This document shows, piece by piece, positions 38,863 through 48,568 of a stretch of 64,000 nucleotides of DNA. The translations under genes and the position numbers were made by a program. Under the pieces are notes generated by a model, which saw nothing but the letters and a program-made list of their open reading frames with translations, did not search any database and was not told the DNA's origin. Source of the DNA: a virus; IMG/VR virus record IMGVR_UViG_3300042090_002370, positions 64,001 through 128,000 of that record. One strand, given 5' to 3'. Every line of letters starts with the position of its first letter. Position 1 is the stretch's first letter.

Positions 38863-39762
38863 ATGGTCGACAAGGCACAGCAGATGGACGAGTTCCTCTC
38901 TGACTTCTACGGAACGGGCGCTGCGGTAAAGACTGCCGCCGCGAACCAGGAAGACCTCGAGAAGCAGGCCTCCATTGATCTCTTCATGAAGCTTGCTACC
39001 GAGCAGAACATCGACCTCGGTAAGATGGAGCCCAAGCAGGTAGAGGCGCTCTACAGTAACTGGGTGAAGGCCGCTTCCGCTCCCGCCGCCGGGGCGGCTG
39101 AGGAAGAAGAAGAAAAGGAAAAGCACGAGGAGGCCAAGAAGGAGCACGAGGAGAAGAAGGCGCAGGCGGAGAAGGTCGCCGAAGCGGACTTCCTCGGGCG
39201 CGTCATGGCTCATGCGTACTGCCAGGAGATGCGCAAGATCGCCGAAGCAGCCGCCGACCCTGCGGTCAAGGAAGCAGGCAAGGTTCGCGACACACAAGCG
39301 GGCTATGTAGCAGCCAAGGGCATTGGCCATCGGGCGCATGAGGCCCTGAAGAAGGGGCTCGATCATGTGAAGGGCCATATGGCCAATACTGGTGCAGCGG
39401 CACATCATGCGGCACATAGCTCTGGTCCTGTAACCGAAGGCAAGGCAAAGGCGATTGGCGCCGGTATCCACGCTGCGGGCGCAGCAGGAGCGGCCGGTGC
39501 TGGCGCGGCAGCTGCGCACCACTTCGGCAAGGACAAGGAAGGCTCGGCTATCGACGGGCTTGCTGCTGAGCAGGCTGTGAAGGTTGCGTTCGAGGGAAAC
39601 TTCGACCCCGAAGAGGCAGGTCGCAAGATCGCAGCGGTCCTCGAGCTCGGGCTTGCCGCGCCGAGCGAGAAGATTGCATCCGCTCCCGACTACGCGGCGG
39701 CGGTGGGTATCCGCGCTCTCGAACTACTCGAGGTCGCTGGCTACCCAGTTACGTGGTCGTAG
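38863..39762 (+). CDS. Ala/Glu/Lys-rich scaffold-like or internal head protein
   Basis: About 10 K-x-A/G motifs; between protease and capsid genes. Confidence 0.7.
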   Translation: MVDKAQQMDEFLSDFYGTGAAVKTAAANQEDLEKQASIDLFMKLATEQNIDLGKMEPKQVEALYSNWVKAASAPAAGAAEEEEEKEKHEEAKKEHEEKKAQAEKVAEADFLGRVMAHAYCQEMRKIAEAAADPAVKEAGKVRDTQAGYVAAKGIGHRAHEALKKGLDHVKGHMANTGAAAHHAAHSSGPVTEGKAKAIGAGIHAAGAAGAAGAGAAAAHHFGKDKEGSAIDGLAAEQAVKVAFEGNFDPEEAGRKIAAVLELGLAAPSEKIASAPDYAAAVGIRALELLEVAGYPVTWS

Positions 39763-39798
39763 TAGCAACTCGGAGAATGGCGATGGGAGGCAACGGAC

Positions 39799-41244
39799 AT
39801 GTACGGATGGTTGAAACGAGCGGATGCACAACCGCCGTCGGCCACCGGCATGACTGCGGCCTCGCCCATCCCAACCCCCAGCATCTCCCACACTTACGCA
39901 CCAGGTCTGCGAGGACCACAAGGTATAGGCCCGCGCACCAATTACTCCAGGGTGAATACAGGCACTCCACCACAGGCAGACGCTGGGTCGGAGGCGCAGA
40001 AATCCATGCCCCCGAGGGGCGCTGAGATGTTGCCGAAGCGGGCTTCCGCGAACGGAGAGACCACGATGGGAAACATGGCTGGACGACCGATGCTGCAAGA
40101 CCTGGTGAAGGCTGCGATGGTGGACGCCACGCGCCGTACCAGCGTCAATGCGGAGGCGCACCTCCAGACCGTGAAGACGGCTGGTGAGAAGAAGTGCGAG
40201 AAGTGCGGCAAGGAGAAGTGCTCTTGCATGGGCAAGATGGGCTCCGGCTTCCAGTCCGAGCTCGGTGAAAAACTTGCCGGCGCTCTCGACCATATGGCCT
40301 CCTTGCTCATGAAGAACGCCGATGCTCACATGGGCGGGCCGTACAATCTCACCGAGCATCTTGTGGGTAGCCCACCGGGTGTCTCGCAGGCAACTGCCTC
40401 ACAATCCCTCCCCGACCACAAGGGACAGGCGACCCCGGCGCACATCACACCGATGAGCCCGCCCACCCAGAAGGACCTGCCCGCCGAACACGGTGCGACG
40501 CAGATGAAGGACAATATGCAAGAGGGGCTCGAGCATACAAAGATGCCCCCGAACATCGTGTCCGGTGGAAAGCACGCCTCGGTAGCTGAGATCATCGCAG
40601 CCAAACTCGCTGCCCAGAAGACCGGGTCGGACGCGGAGAAGAAGGAGACTGAGGGTCTTGAGGCGGCCAAGAAGGGCCTCGAGCACGCCGAGGCAGCGCA
40701 CAAGAGCGAATCAGAGAACAAGGAAGGCGCCGCGACTGTCCCTACGTCACTTGTTGACTATATGGCGTCGCGCGTGAAGCAGGCGGAGGACGCGATCAAC
40801 CCGGCTAAGATTACGGCCGGCGCTGCGGTCCCCCCACAGACCACTCAGGCCGGTCAGCCAGGCGGACACCCCGTTGGCGGCGCTCCCAAGGGGCCATCTG
40901 GCCTAGTCGGCTCCAACGACGCAGCACGAAACTACACCAAGGCGCAGTCGCACGGGGTGCGACGTGAAGAGCTCGCCAAGTATCTCAAGGAGCCTGCGCT
41001 CTCGATGGAGCACGACAGCGTACTGCGCGATGCATTCAAGCATACGGCGCAGGCGGGGACGAAGTTCGCCGAAGCAGCCACCCCGCCCCTCCCCGAGGGC
41101 GAGAAGACAGCCGAAGCGGCTCCTCCTGTCGCCCCCGCTACGCCGGTAACGCCCAATCCCGTGACGACGAGCGTGAAGACAGCTGCCGCCAAGGTTCTGC
41201 TGTCACGTCTCGCAGCTGACGCAGTTGCTGCAGGAGCCCAGTAG
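39799..41244 (+). CDS. low-complexity scaffold-like/internal head protein (possible second start 40066)
   Basis: About 14 K-x-A/G motifs, CEKCGKEKCSC mini-motif; SD GGAGG at 39799 and GGAGAG at 40066. Confidence 0.7.
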   Translation: MYGWLKRADAQPPSATGMTAASPIPTPSISHTYAPGLRGPQGIGPRTNYSRVNTGTPPQADAGSEAQKSMPPRGAEMLPKRASANGETTMGNMAGRPMLQDLVKAAMVDATRRTSVNAEAHLQTVKTAGEKKCEKCGKEKCSCMGKMGSGFQSELGEKLAGALDHMASLLMKNADAHMGGPYNLTEHLVGSPPGVSQATASQSLPDHKGQATPAHITPMSPPTQKDLPAEHGATQMKDNMQEGLEHTKMPPNIVSGGKHASVAEIIAAKLAAQKTGSDAEKKETEGLEAAKKGLEHAEAAHKSESENKEGAATVPTSLVDYMASRVKQAEDAINPAKITAGAAVPPQTTQAGQPGGHPVGGAPKGPSGLVGSNDAARNYTKAQSHGVRREELAKYLKEPALSMEHDSVLRDAFKHTAQAGTKFAEAATPPLPEGEKTAEAAPPVAPATPVTPNPVTTSVKTAAAKVLLSRLAADAVAAGAQ

Positions 41245-41253
41245 GAGACGCAT

Positions 41254-41619
41254 ATGGACAAGCTCAGCAATGCTCAGGCCGCAGAGGTCCTCTCTGATGC
41301 GGCGGCCTACATCCGGGCGCAAGGCGCACAGATCAACGATCTTACGGAGAAGCTCGCTGCGAGGGAGCGCCGTGACCGCGTAGAGAAGCTTGCGGGTACG
41401 ATGCACGCCAAAGGACTTGAGCTCGACATCTCTGCCGATGCTCTTGCTGACCGACTCGAGAAGACCGCAGCTGCCGGTAAGCTCGATGCGTACGAGCACG
41501 CCGTGGACCTCGTCGGTCCCGATATGGGAACGAAGCTCGCGCAGCTCACAAACGACGCGCCTGGGGATTCCTCCAGCGGGTCTGCTTTCGAATCGTACAT
41601 CGTCGGGACGGCAGGATAG
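41254..41619 (+). CDS. small scaffolding-like coiled-coil protein
   Basis: SD AGGAG; EKLA x2, EKTAA, TKLA. Confidence 0.7.
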   Translation: MDKLSNAQAAEVLSDAAAYIRAQGAQINDLTEKLAARERRDRVEKLAGTMHAKGLELDISADALADRLEKTAAAGKLDAYEHAVDLVGPDMGTKLAQLTNDAPGDSSSGSAFESYIVGTAG

Positions 41620-41657
41620 ACCCGCCCATACCAAGGAACTCAAGGAGGAGCTAGATC

Positions 41658-42194
41658 ATGTCGACCCTGCAGAGAATCAACTTCACGCCCGTCTCGGACA
41701 TCCTTCCGATTCAGCGCCGTGACTTCGCGCTCAACGACCCGACGCTGTCGAACCCCACTAACCCGACCTGCATGGTCGACGGCGAGTGGTTTACTTTGAA
41801 CACGAGCTACCAAGCGGTTCGCGCTGCGCTCATTACCGGCACTGTAGGAACAACCTACGCGTCAGTCCGTTCCTTTCCGGTCTTCGCCGAGAAGGGCCGC
41901 TACGACATTCAGGCGATGTCGCTCACCAAGATCCCGCTCCTGTTCCGTGGGGACTACGAGTTCGACACGCGCATCTTCGATGCGAGCCTTGTCGTACACG
42001 GCGGTGCGGCCATTACTACCATCATGCAGCCCCTCAAGGTCGCGCTCATCAACTTCAGTGGGCGCAACTTCTCGGGCATCGTCGGGCACGGTACCCCCGG
42101 CGGCGGCGACGTCGACCCGATCATCGGGTACTGCACCAGGCTTCCGTCCAGTAACGGCGGTCAACTCCGGTTCATCTCGGGCTGGGCCTCGTAG
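41658..42194 (+). CDS. putative capsid decoration/cement protein
   Basis: Beta-rich 178 aa immediately upstream of the major capsid gene, strong SD AAGGAGG. Confidence 0.55.
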   Translation: MSTLQRINFTPVSDILPIQRRDFALNDPTLSNPTNPTCMVDGEWFTLNTSYQAVRAALITGTVGTTYASVRSFPVFAEKGRYDIQAMSLTKIPLLFRGDYEFDTRIFDASLVVHGGAAITTIMQPLKVALINFSGRNFSGIVGHGTPGGGDVDPIIGYCTRLPSSNGGQLRFISGWAS

Positions 42195-42229
42195 ACCGGA
42201 ACCCAGAAGGAAGGAGAAAGGCAACCATC

Positions 42230-43354
42230 ATGAGTGTTCCGGCGCGAGTCCTGAACGAGCTTTTCACGCAGAAGCTCGGTTCGTCTGAGGGCAAAGAGAA
42301 GATGGCGGAGTACGGAGGTTCGTATATCCGCGACCGTCTGCGTGAGGTCTCTTACGCCCGCAAGGTCGTCCCACCGGAGCAGGTCACGCGCAGTGACTGC
42401 CAGCGCTCCGTCAACCACGACACCTTGGTCAAGATCGTGGATGTCGAGCCTCAGTCGAGGGCGCTCACGATGTCTTTCCGTGGTCAGCCCACGGCAAGAT
42501 TCATTCGTGGGCCCAAGGCGGAGATCGGTTTCTACACGATCTCGAGCGAGGTCTTCCAGAAGACTGAGCAGGAGCTTCTGGCCTATGAGATGCCCATCAC
42601 CAAGATCATCGAGGAGAACTCGGTGAAGGACATCCAGGAGGTCGAGGACCGTGAGTTCACGGTCTTCACCGAGGCGGCCGTACAGGCCCTTCAGGTGGTC
42701 GCAAACGGCGGTGTCGCAACGCCGCTCAACGCGACGACCATCCAGGCTGGTGGCGTTGTGGAGTTCTCGGTGCGTAAGGGCGAACTTGCTCGGACGCAGA
42801 CGAGCAACACATCCACCGTTTTCCCCATCCAGCGACCGGACCTCATCAACCTGTTCAAGCTCTTGGACGGGAACCGGTTGCGCTCGGAGCGCCTGCTGAT
42901 GACGGAGGCCGACTGGGACGACATCCTCCAGTGGACGGTCGAGGACTTGGGCGACAGGCTCCAATCGGAGACCGCCGTCGACGGCTACAAGTACAACACC
43001 CTGTTCGGGCGTTCGTACATTCGTACTGTGAAGACGGACATCCTGCGTCCAGGAAACGTCTACGTCTTTACGAAGCCGGAGTTCTTCGGGAAGTTCTACG
43101 TCCTGAACAACACGAAGTTCTACATCGACAAGATCGCCAACGTCATCACCTTCCAGGCCTGGGAGGATATCGGCATGGCGGTCATCAACATCGCAGCCGT
43201 TCGCAAGCTCGAGCTCTACTCGGCAGACGCGGACCCCACGACGAACGCCGACGGTCTCATCACGAGCTTCATCCCCGTGGTCGAGGACGCGCTCGGTGCG
43301 CCGAATAACCAGGTTGACAATGGCCTGGTTTTCCCTGGGATCACGCAGTACTAG
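42230..43354 (+). CDS. major capsid protein (HK97-fold expected)
   Basis: 374 aa, strong SD, biased codons, IRDRLRE.SYARKV.PP and IQEVEDREF patterns, followed by a terminator; position after protease/scaffold. Confidence 0.8.
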   Translation: MSVPARVLNELFTQKLGSSEGKEKMAEYGGSYIRDRLREVSYARKVVPPEQVTRSDCQRSVNHDTLVKIVDVEPQSRALTMSFRGQPTARFIRGPKAEIGFYTISSEVFQKTEQELLAYEMPITKIIEENSVKDIQEVEDREFTVFTEAAVQALQVVANGGVATPLNATTIQAGGVVEFSVRKGELARTQTSNTSTVFPIQRPDLINLFKLLDGNRLRSERLLMTEADWDDILQWTVEDLGDRLQSETAVDGYKYNTLFGRSYIRTVKTDILRPGNVYVFTKPEFFGKFYVLNNTKFYIDKIANVITFQAWEDIGMAVINIAAVRKLELYSADADPTTNADGLITSFIPVVEDALGAPNNQVDNGLVFPGITQY

Positions 43355-43372
43355 CCGAAAGGCCGGTTGGCT

Positions 43373-43416
43373 AAGAGGAGGCGGCACTGGCTCACGCCGT
43401 GCCGCCTTCTTCGTTT
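43373..43416 (+). terminator. intrinsic terminator after the capsid gene (no AGCT tail)
   Basis: GAGGAGGCGGCAC...GTGCCGCCTTCTT stem then CGTTTC. Confidence 0.7.
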
Positions 43417-43432
43417 CTACTAGGAGGTTCTA

Positions 43433-44077
43433 ATGCAGGAGTACGTTATTCACAATGTGGCTCGAGCTCGCCACAACCGTACCGTACGTGCAGCTCTCCC
43501 GCAGAATCCGCGGATGAAGCAGTACGTAGGGGACGACAAGCGGCGCCTCATTCGCGGCCAGCCCATCCTCGTCACTGAGGAGATGGTGAAGAAGAATCTC
43601 GAAGAGCTTCGTGCGAAGCACGCGCAGCACATGATCGAAGTGCGGACGCGCGACGGCCGCCTCGTTGATCTCCAAACACTCGAGGCTGCGCCTATCGGTC
43701 CGGTGGAAACCAAGCCGCATCCGCTGCTCGACTCTGTAGCGAATGACAGGAACTTCCCGCTACCCGACGGCTACCGGTTCGTGCCCGAGCGCGGCGGAGA
43801 TGACGCAACCATGCCGCAGCTCGTACCAGCAGGCGAGAAGCCGGCACTCCTTCAAGGCGCCGAGTCGACTGAGCCCAATACTGCGATGGACGCAGTTGCA
43901 CCAGACGTCGTAGCAGCCGCTGATGCAGACGCACCTGAGCCTGAAGCCGCTGCAGGTAGCGACCCCGTCGACGCGGCCATTGCACGCGCCCAAGCCGAAG
44001 CCACAGATCCTGTTGCTATGGCGACGGAAGACGTATCCTCTGATGGTCAGAGGAAGGTTAGGAGGAATCGTCGATGA
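43433..44077 (+). CDS. hypothetical protein (acidic Ala/Pro-rich C-terminus)
   Basis: SD AGGAGG. Confidence 0.75.
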   Translation: MQEYVIHNVARARHNRTVRAALPQNPRMKQYVGDDKRRLIRGQPILVTEEMVKKNLEELRAKHAQHMIEVRTRDGRLVDLQTLEAAPIGPVETKPHPLLDSVANDRNFPLPDGYRFVPERGGDDATMPQLVPAGEKPALLQGAESTEPNTAMDAVAPDVVAAADADAPEPEAAAGSDPVDAAIARAQAEATDPVAMATEDVSSDGQRKVRRNRR

Positions 44078-44385
44078 AGTTCTTTAACCTGACCGACGTT
44101 CGTACGAAAGCGCTCAAGCAGCACAAGCTGTTCAAGCAGGCCATCGTCGTTGCAGGCCAGCTCATCGAACCTGGTGGGTCCTTGGAGCTCAAGGAGGTGA
44201 CAGCGCACCAGCTCGCGGCCGCGCAGCACCTGGTGAAGGTGCATGCATTGGCGGTGGACGAGCTTCCACAGTTCTATCTTGACGCCAAGGGCTCGCCGGC
44301 GCTGCCTCCAGCGCCCTCGCCGCCACAGGCCCCCACTGCAACAGACACCACGCCGCCGGTGAGCAAGCGTAGCAAGGCCCTCTAG
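44074..44385 (+). CDS. hypothetical protein
   Basis: ATGA overlap, SD AGGAGG. Confidence 0.75.
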   Translation: MKFFNLTDVRTKALKQHKLFKQAIVVAGQLIEPGGSLELKEVTAHQLAAAQHLVKVHALAVDELPQFYLDAKGSPALPPAPSPPQAPTATDTTPPVSKRSKAL

Positions 44386-44388
44386 CCC

Positions 44389-44967
44389 ATGATGGGGTAT
44401 GGCGACCAGCACACCGGGCGCCTTCAAGGCATCCCGCACATGACGCCGGAGTTCCGGGCGTTCATCCAGTCCGTTCGTCTCTACATGCGCGACTTCGCGG
44501 AGTTGAATCGCATTGTTTCTGGGGAGGAGACGACCGACCGACAGATTGCCTGGTCGATGCTCGACGCCTTGGCAGACTTCAACGGCACGCCGCATCTCAC
44601 CTCGTACTCTTTCGAGGATCTGCTTCAGCAGCAGCAGCACGCGCTGCTACTCCGTATGACCGTGATCTCCATCGTTGAGTCGGTCGGCTTGCTGCAGACG
44701 CGCAACCATATCAACTATTCCAACGGCGGCATCAACGTCGGCGTGAACGACAAGACGCCGCTCCTCATGAAGTGGTTGCAGTATTATAAAAGCTATACCG
44801 ATCAGCTAAAGCAGCGCGTGAAAGTGGCGCTCAATATCGGGGGCATCCTTGGACCTTCACATCCTGGCGTTTTTTCGGAACTTTGGGCTGTAAATTCGAC
44901 CTACGCCGCCTACGTTTTGCCGCTGTTTTTCATGCTCCGTACCATTCATATGTTGCATTATCTCTAG
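44389..44967 (+). CDS. putative head-tail adaptor/neck protein
   Basis: Helical; VRLYMRD..., ALADFN..P, INYSNGGINV pattern typical of adaptors; position after capsid. Confidence 0.55.
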   Translation: MMGYGDQHTGRLQGIPHMTPEFRAFIQSVRLYMRDFAELNRIVSGEETTDRQIAWSMLDALADFNGTPHLTSYSFEDLLQQQQHALLLRMTVISIVESVGLLQTRNHINYSNGGINVGVNDKTPLLMKWLQYYKSYTDQLKQRVKVALNIGGILGPSHPGVFSELWAVNSTYAAYVLPLFFMLRTIHMLHYL

Positions 44968-45085
44968 GCCTCGAATCTACAATTGCGTTTTGGTGCGCAT
45001 GGCGCAGGCATTGTTCTTCGTTGTCGCTGCTGCGGATCTCAGGATGTGGAGGCAACTCCCATCGCTTCTCCTACTTCCCACTGAC

Positions 45086-45130
45086 CGGGTAGACTGGGGC
45101 ATGCGCCCCAGCCCGCCTTTTTCTAGCTAC
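45086..45130 (+). terminator. hairpin + TTTTTCTAGCTAC (variant AGCT-type terminator)
   Basis: CTGGGGC-ATGC-GCCCCAG stem extended by CGGG/CCCG. Confidence 0.55.
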
Positions 45131-45148
45131 GCATCGAGGAACTGAGCC

Positions 45149-45655
45149 ATGTCCATCAACCGACTTCGAAAGTTCCGTACCATCGATGAGGTACAGACGT
45201 TCCTCAACGGCGGCGTTTGGAGCGGTAGCAAGGTGTCTCAGGTTGGCCCGCCGAGTAACCAAGGTCCAGGCGTGTACGGTCTGGTTGGGTTGACTCTCAT
45301 CTTCGTCGGACCAGGGCCTACAGGTACGGTTACCTTCGTTGCGAGCTCTACCTCGAACCCGAATCCGCAGGTGCTGCTCTTCAGCGACATCAAGGCGCAG
45401 ATTCAAGCGGCCATTGCAACGCTGTCGGTAACGACGTTCGATGGCTACCTGAGCATTCAGGAAGTGACACCGACCAATGGAGTCACTGTCAGCAGCACCG
45501 GTACTGCGAACTCGGTACTCGGCTTCGATACCGCGAACAATACTGTGGGCAAGTATTACAAGCCCGCCGCTGCAGCGTCCCCACCAATTGCTCCGTACTG
45601 GGTCTGGTCGTATACGGACAACAACAATATGCACAACATCTACACCGTAGAGTAG
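45149..45655 (+). CDS. structural protein with one sheath-insert-like beta domain
   Basis: IKAQIQAAI...GYLSI...GTANSVLGF resembles the repeats in the tail sheath. Confidence 0.65.
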   Translation: MSINRLRKFRTIDEVQTFLNGGVWSGSKVSQVGPPSNQGPGVYGLVGLTLIFVGPGPTGTVTFVASSTSNPNPQVLLFSDIKAQIQAAIATLSVTTFDGYLSIQEVTPTNGVTVSSTGTANSVLGFDTANNTVGKYYKPAAAASPPIAPYWVWSYTDNNNMHNIYTVE

Positions 45656-45663
45656 GAGTCGCC

Positions 45664-47097
45664 ATGGATTTCGAAGAGCAACTCCTGAACGGTATCCCGC
45701 ACGCTGAAGCTGCAGACTTCTTCTTGCGCATCCGCGGCAAGGACAAGACGGCCATGAGCGCTGTGGCCTTCGACTCGGCTGTAGCTCTCATGCCAGAGGC
45801 CGAACGCGCGGTGCTTATGAAGAGCGCCAGTGCTGTCCTACACAACATTCAGCTCCCCGGGGTCTTGAAGAAGGCCAATATGATGGGGGCCCCTCCCACT
45901 CCACTGCCGCCCGGCGGCCGCGGTCAGAACATGTCGCCGGCGATGCCAGCGCCACTTACGCCGACAGCGATGGGGCAGCAGAGCATGGCTCCTCCTGGTG
46001 GTATGGCTGGCGGTGGTATGAAGATGGGGGCAGCAGAGAAGAGCCCAGATGAAGTGGGCAAGGAGCGCGGCCGCGCTTCTGTCGCCGCCGAGTTCGAGAA
46101 GGAGAAGTACCATACGCACGAGAGTAATCGTAACCTCATCGGCCATCTTGGTGGCGCGGCTTTGGGCGCAGCCATCGGCCACAAGATGAATGGCAACGCG
46201 ACCTCGAAGGTGCTCTCCACGCTCGCGGGCTCTCATCTTGGCGGGCTCGCAGGTAAGCACTCGGGCCAGGAAGCAGACCGCAAGGAGTTCGATAAGAGCG
46301 CCGCTGCTTTCAAGACCGCGCTCGACGCTACGATGGGGCTCAATGGCCCCAAGCAACCTCAGCAGATGGCGCAGCAGGAAGAGCCGATGACGCAAGAGCC
46401 CGGGGCCCCGCCTGTTCCAGCAGGGCAGGAGGAGGGTGTCGAGCCGCGCATCCCACTCCCGGTGCAGCAGTTCCTCGAAGCTCAGCGGATGGGCGATCAG
46501 GCTGCTGAGCAGAGCCACGCGGACTTCTTGCGTGGGAAGCTCGAGGAGGCACGTGCCGCGCAGCAGCAAGCCCAGGAGGAGGCCGCTGCTCTACAGGAGC
46601 AGCAGGCGCAGCACGAGCAGCAGCAGATGGAGATTCAACAGCAGGTGCAGGACTCCATCCAGCAGGCGTCTGCAGCGCAGGACCAGGTGCTCCAGGAGCA
46701 GCAGGCCGCTGCGGCGATGCGCATGGCCTACCAGCAGCTTCGTGGGCAGGTTCTGCAGATCGCTTCTGCCGACCCACCGGCATTGAGCTCAGACGCCGCC
46801 GCCCTCTCGGCGGCTAGTACGGCGGCCGCTCCGCAGAGCGGGCCAGGCGCCTCAGGCCCACCTGAGCGCGGCCCTGCCGGCCAAGCGCCCAGCCCTGGTA
46901 CTCCCAATACGCCAGCGCCACTCGGCGACGAGACTGTCACCGACAAGGACGGTATCCAGCCCAATGAGCCCACGTTCAGCAATGCGTCGCCTACGACTTC
47001 GGTGGGTCAGAAGGAACCGCAGGGTGATGCGAAGACCCCACAGAAGGAGGTCTTGTCGCACTACCGCCCTTTAGACTTGAGAAAGCTGCTTCTCTGA
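45664..47097 (+). CDS. putative internal virion protein (Gly zipper + Gln-rich coiled coil)
   Basis: K-x-A motifs, GHLGGAALGAAIG, long Q/A coiled coil. Confidence 0.72.
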   Translation: MDFEEQLLNGIPHAEAADFFLRIRGKDKTAMSAVAFDSAVALMPEAERAVLMKSASAVLHNIQLPGVLKKANMMGAPPTPLPPGGRGQNMSPAMPAPLTPTAMGQQSMAPPGGMAGGGMKMGAAEKSPDEVGKERGRASVAAEFEKEKYHTHESNRNLIGHLGGAALGAAIGHKMNGNATSKVLSTLAGSHLGGLAGKHSGQEADRKEFDKSAAAFKTALDATMGLNGPKQPQQMAQQEEPMTQEPGAPPVPAGQEEGVEPRIPLPVQQFLEAQRMGDQAAEQSHADFLRGKLEEARAAQQQAQEEAAALQEQQAQHEQQQMEIQQQVQDSIQQASAAQDQVLQEQQAAAAMRMAYQQLRGQVLQIASADPPALSSDAAALSAASTAAAPQSGPGASGPPERGPAGQAPSPGTPNTPAPLGDETVTDKDGIQPNEPTFSNASPTTSVGQKEPQGDAKTPQKEVLSHYRPLDLRKLLL

Positions 47098-47129
47098 GAA
47101 ACTACTTCTCTGAGATTGCGAGGAAGACT

Positions 47130-47480
47130 GTGCCGGTTCTTCCTCATGCAGCTATCGGAGCAGCGATGGGAGCTGGGATGGGGCTCGCTGAGGCAAAGAC
47201 CAGTAACGAACCATTGCGTCAGAAGATCGAGGCGCTCGAGGCACAACCAGAACGCGGTCTCAGAGGCACTCTGGACTTAGCGCAGGCACGTGCCAGGCAT
47301 ACGGTAGGTGAGTGGGCAGCAGAGCATCCTGGGGCAATGGTTGGTGCAGGCGCACTAAGCGGAGCGATGTTCGGTGCAAGGAAGGGGCCTGGTATAGTGA
47401 ACGAGGCAAACGCGTGGGCCGGGAAGGCCAAGAACCTCGGTAAGAACGTGAGTGAAATCTTTGGCAAGGGAGCGGCGTGA
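47130..47480 (+). CDS. small Gly-zipper protein
   Basis: AAIGAAMGAGMG and GALSGAMFG segments. Confidence 0.65.
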   Translation: MPVLPHAAIGAAMGAGMGLAEAKTSNEPLRQKIEALEAQPERGLRGTLDLAQARARHTVGEWAAEHPGAMVGAGALSGAMFGARKGPGIVNEANAWAGKAKNLGKNVSEIFGKGAA

Positions 47481-48562
47481 TGCTCGACGAGTTTCTGGAT
47501 ACGGTTTACACGCACCAGGTTCGGAAGCAGGCCGAGTACGAAATGGTCGGCTTGCTCAAGGACATTCCGACCCTTGAGCTCAAGAAGCTCGCGGCCGGGA
47601 CACCCGTTGCCGAGCTCTACGAGAAGCAGGCCTTCGGTGACTGCGCCCCAAGCACTGACGACGCGCCGAAGACTTTCCTCGACAAGTTCAAGGACACGCC
47701 TCTCTTCGATGAGGCGCTAGCCCTTGAGCAGGAGAATCTGGAGGCCGAGGCCGCCAACATTCAGGCACGGATGCAGCGTCGAGGGGAGGACCAGTTGTAC
47801 CAGGTGCAGGACCAGATCCGTCTGAAGAAGCGTCTCCTCGAGCTGAAGCTGGCCAAGCTACAGGCGGGTGGTCAGGACCCGGCGGCTGCAGCTGGCGCGC
47901 CACCTCCCCCAGGCGAGCCAGCGCAAGGCGCCGGCGCTCCCGGCCCAGTACCAGCAGAGGGAGTACAAGATAGCTCGCAGGGGTTGGGCGGCGGCGTGGC
48001 GAAGTCGGCGAGCGTGAAGAAGACCGCTTCCGAGCTCGTTCAGTTCTCCGATGCCTTTGCTCGAGCGCTCGCTCGCGCAGACTTTGAGAAGGCAGCGCGT
48101 GTAGAGGTACTGCTCAAGACCGGGTCGGTTGCTGGTGAATTGATGGCCAAGAGCGCTGGTCTAGGTACTATGATCGGACAGTCACTGAACGGCGGTACGC
48201 TTGGACGCGCAGCTGGTTGGGCGTTGAAGCACCCTAGCGCAGCGGGTAGTATCGTAGGTGGAACAGTTGGAGCCGCCGGCGGTGCCCTTGCAGGCGGCCC
48301 GGAGCATCGACTCTCTGGAGCCATAGGTGGAGCAGCACTGGGCGCTGGTGTTGGTCATGCAGCAGGCGGAATCGGGTCTGGGATGCTGGCAGGGCAGGGT
48401 CTCGGACAGGCGGCCAAGAGCTACGGTGGGGGCGTTTTGCAGAAGGCCAAGGGCATGATGCCAGGCGCAGGTGCGGCGCCATCTGGGCCGGCACCCATTC
48501 GCAAGCGCAGGCCAGGCCAAGGCAACGCGCTGAGCATGCCCACCGTTCCAGACATGCGGTAG
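47477..48562 (+). CDS. putative internal virion protein with a C-terminal Gly-zipper hairpin
   Basis: Eight K-x-A/G motifs; GGTVGAAGGALAG...GAIGGAALGAGVG after MAKSA. Confidence 0.72.
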   Translation: MMLDEFLDTVYTHQVRKQAEYEMVGLLKDIPTLELKKLAAGTPVAELYEKQAFGDCAPSTDDAPKTFLDKFKDTPLFDEALALEQENLEAEAANIQARMQRRGEDQLYQVQDQIRLKKRLLELKLAKLQAGGQDPAAAAGAPPPPGEPAQGAGAPGPVPAEGVQDSSQGLGGGVAKSASVKKTASELVQFSDAFARALARADFEKAARVEVLLKTGSVAGELMAKSAGLGTMIGQSLNGGTLGRAAGWALKHPSAAGSIVGGTVGAAGGALAGGPEHRLSGAIGGAALGAGVGHAAGGIGSGMLAGQGLGQAAKSYGGGVLQKAKGMMPGAGAAPSGPAPIRKRRPGQGNALSMPTVPDMR

Positions 48563-48568
48563 GCCCTC

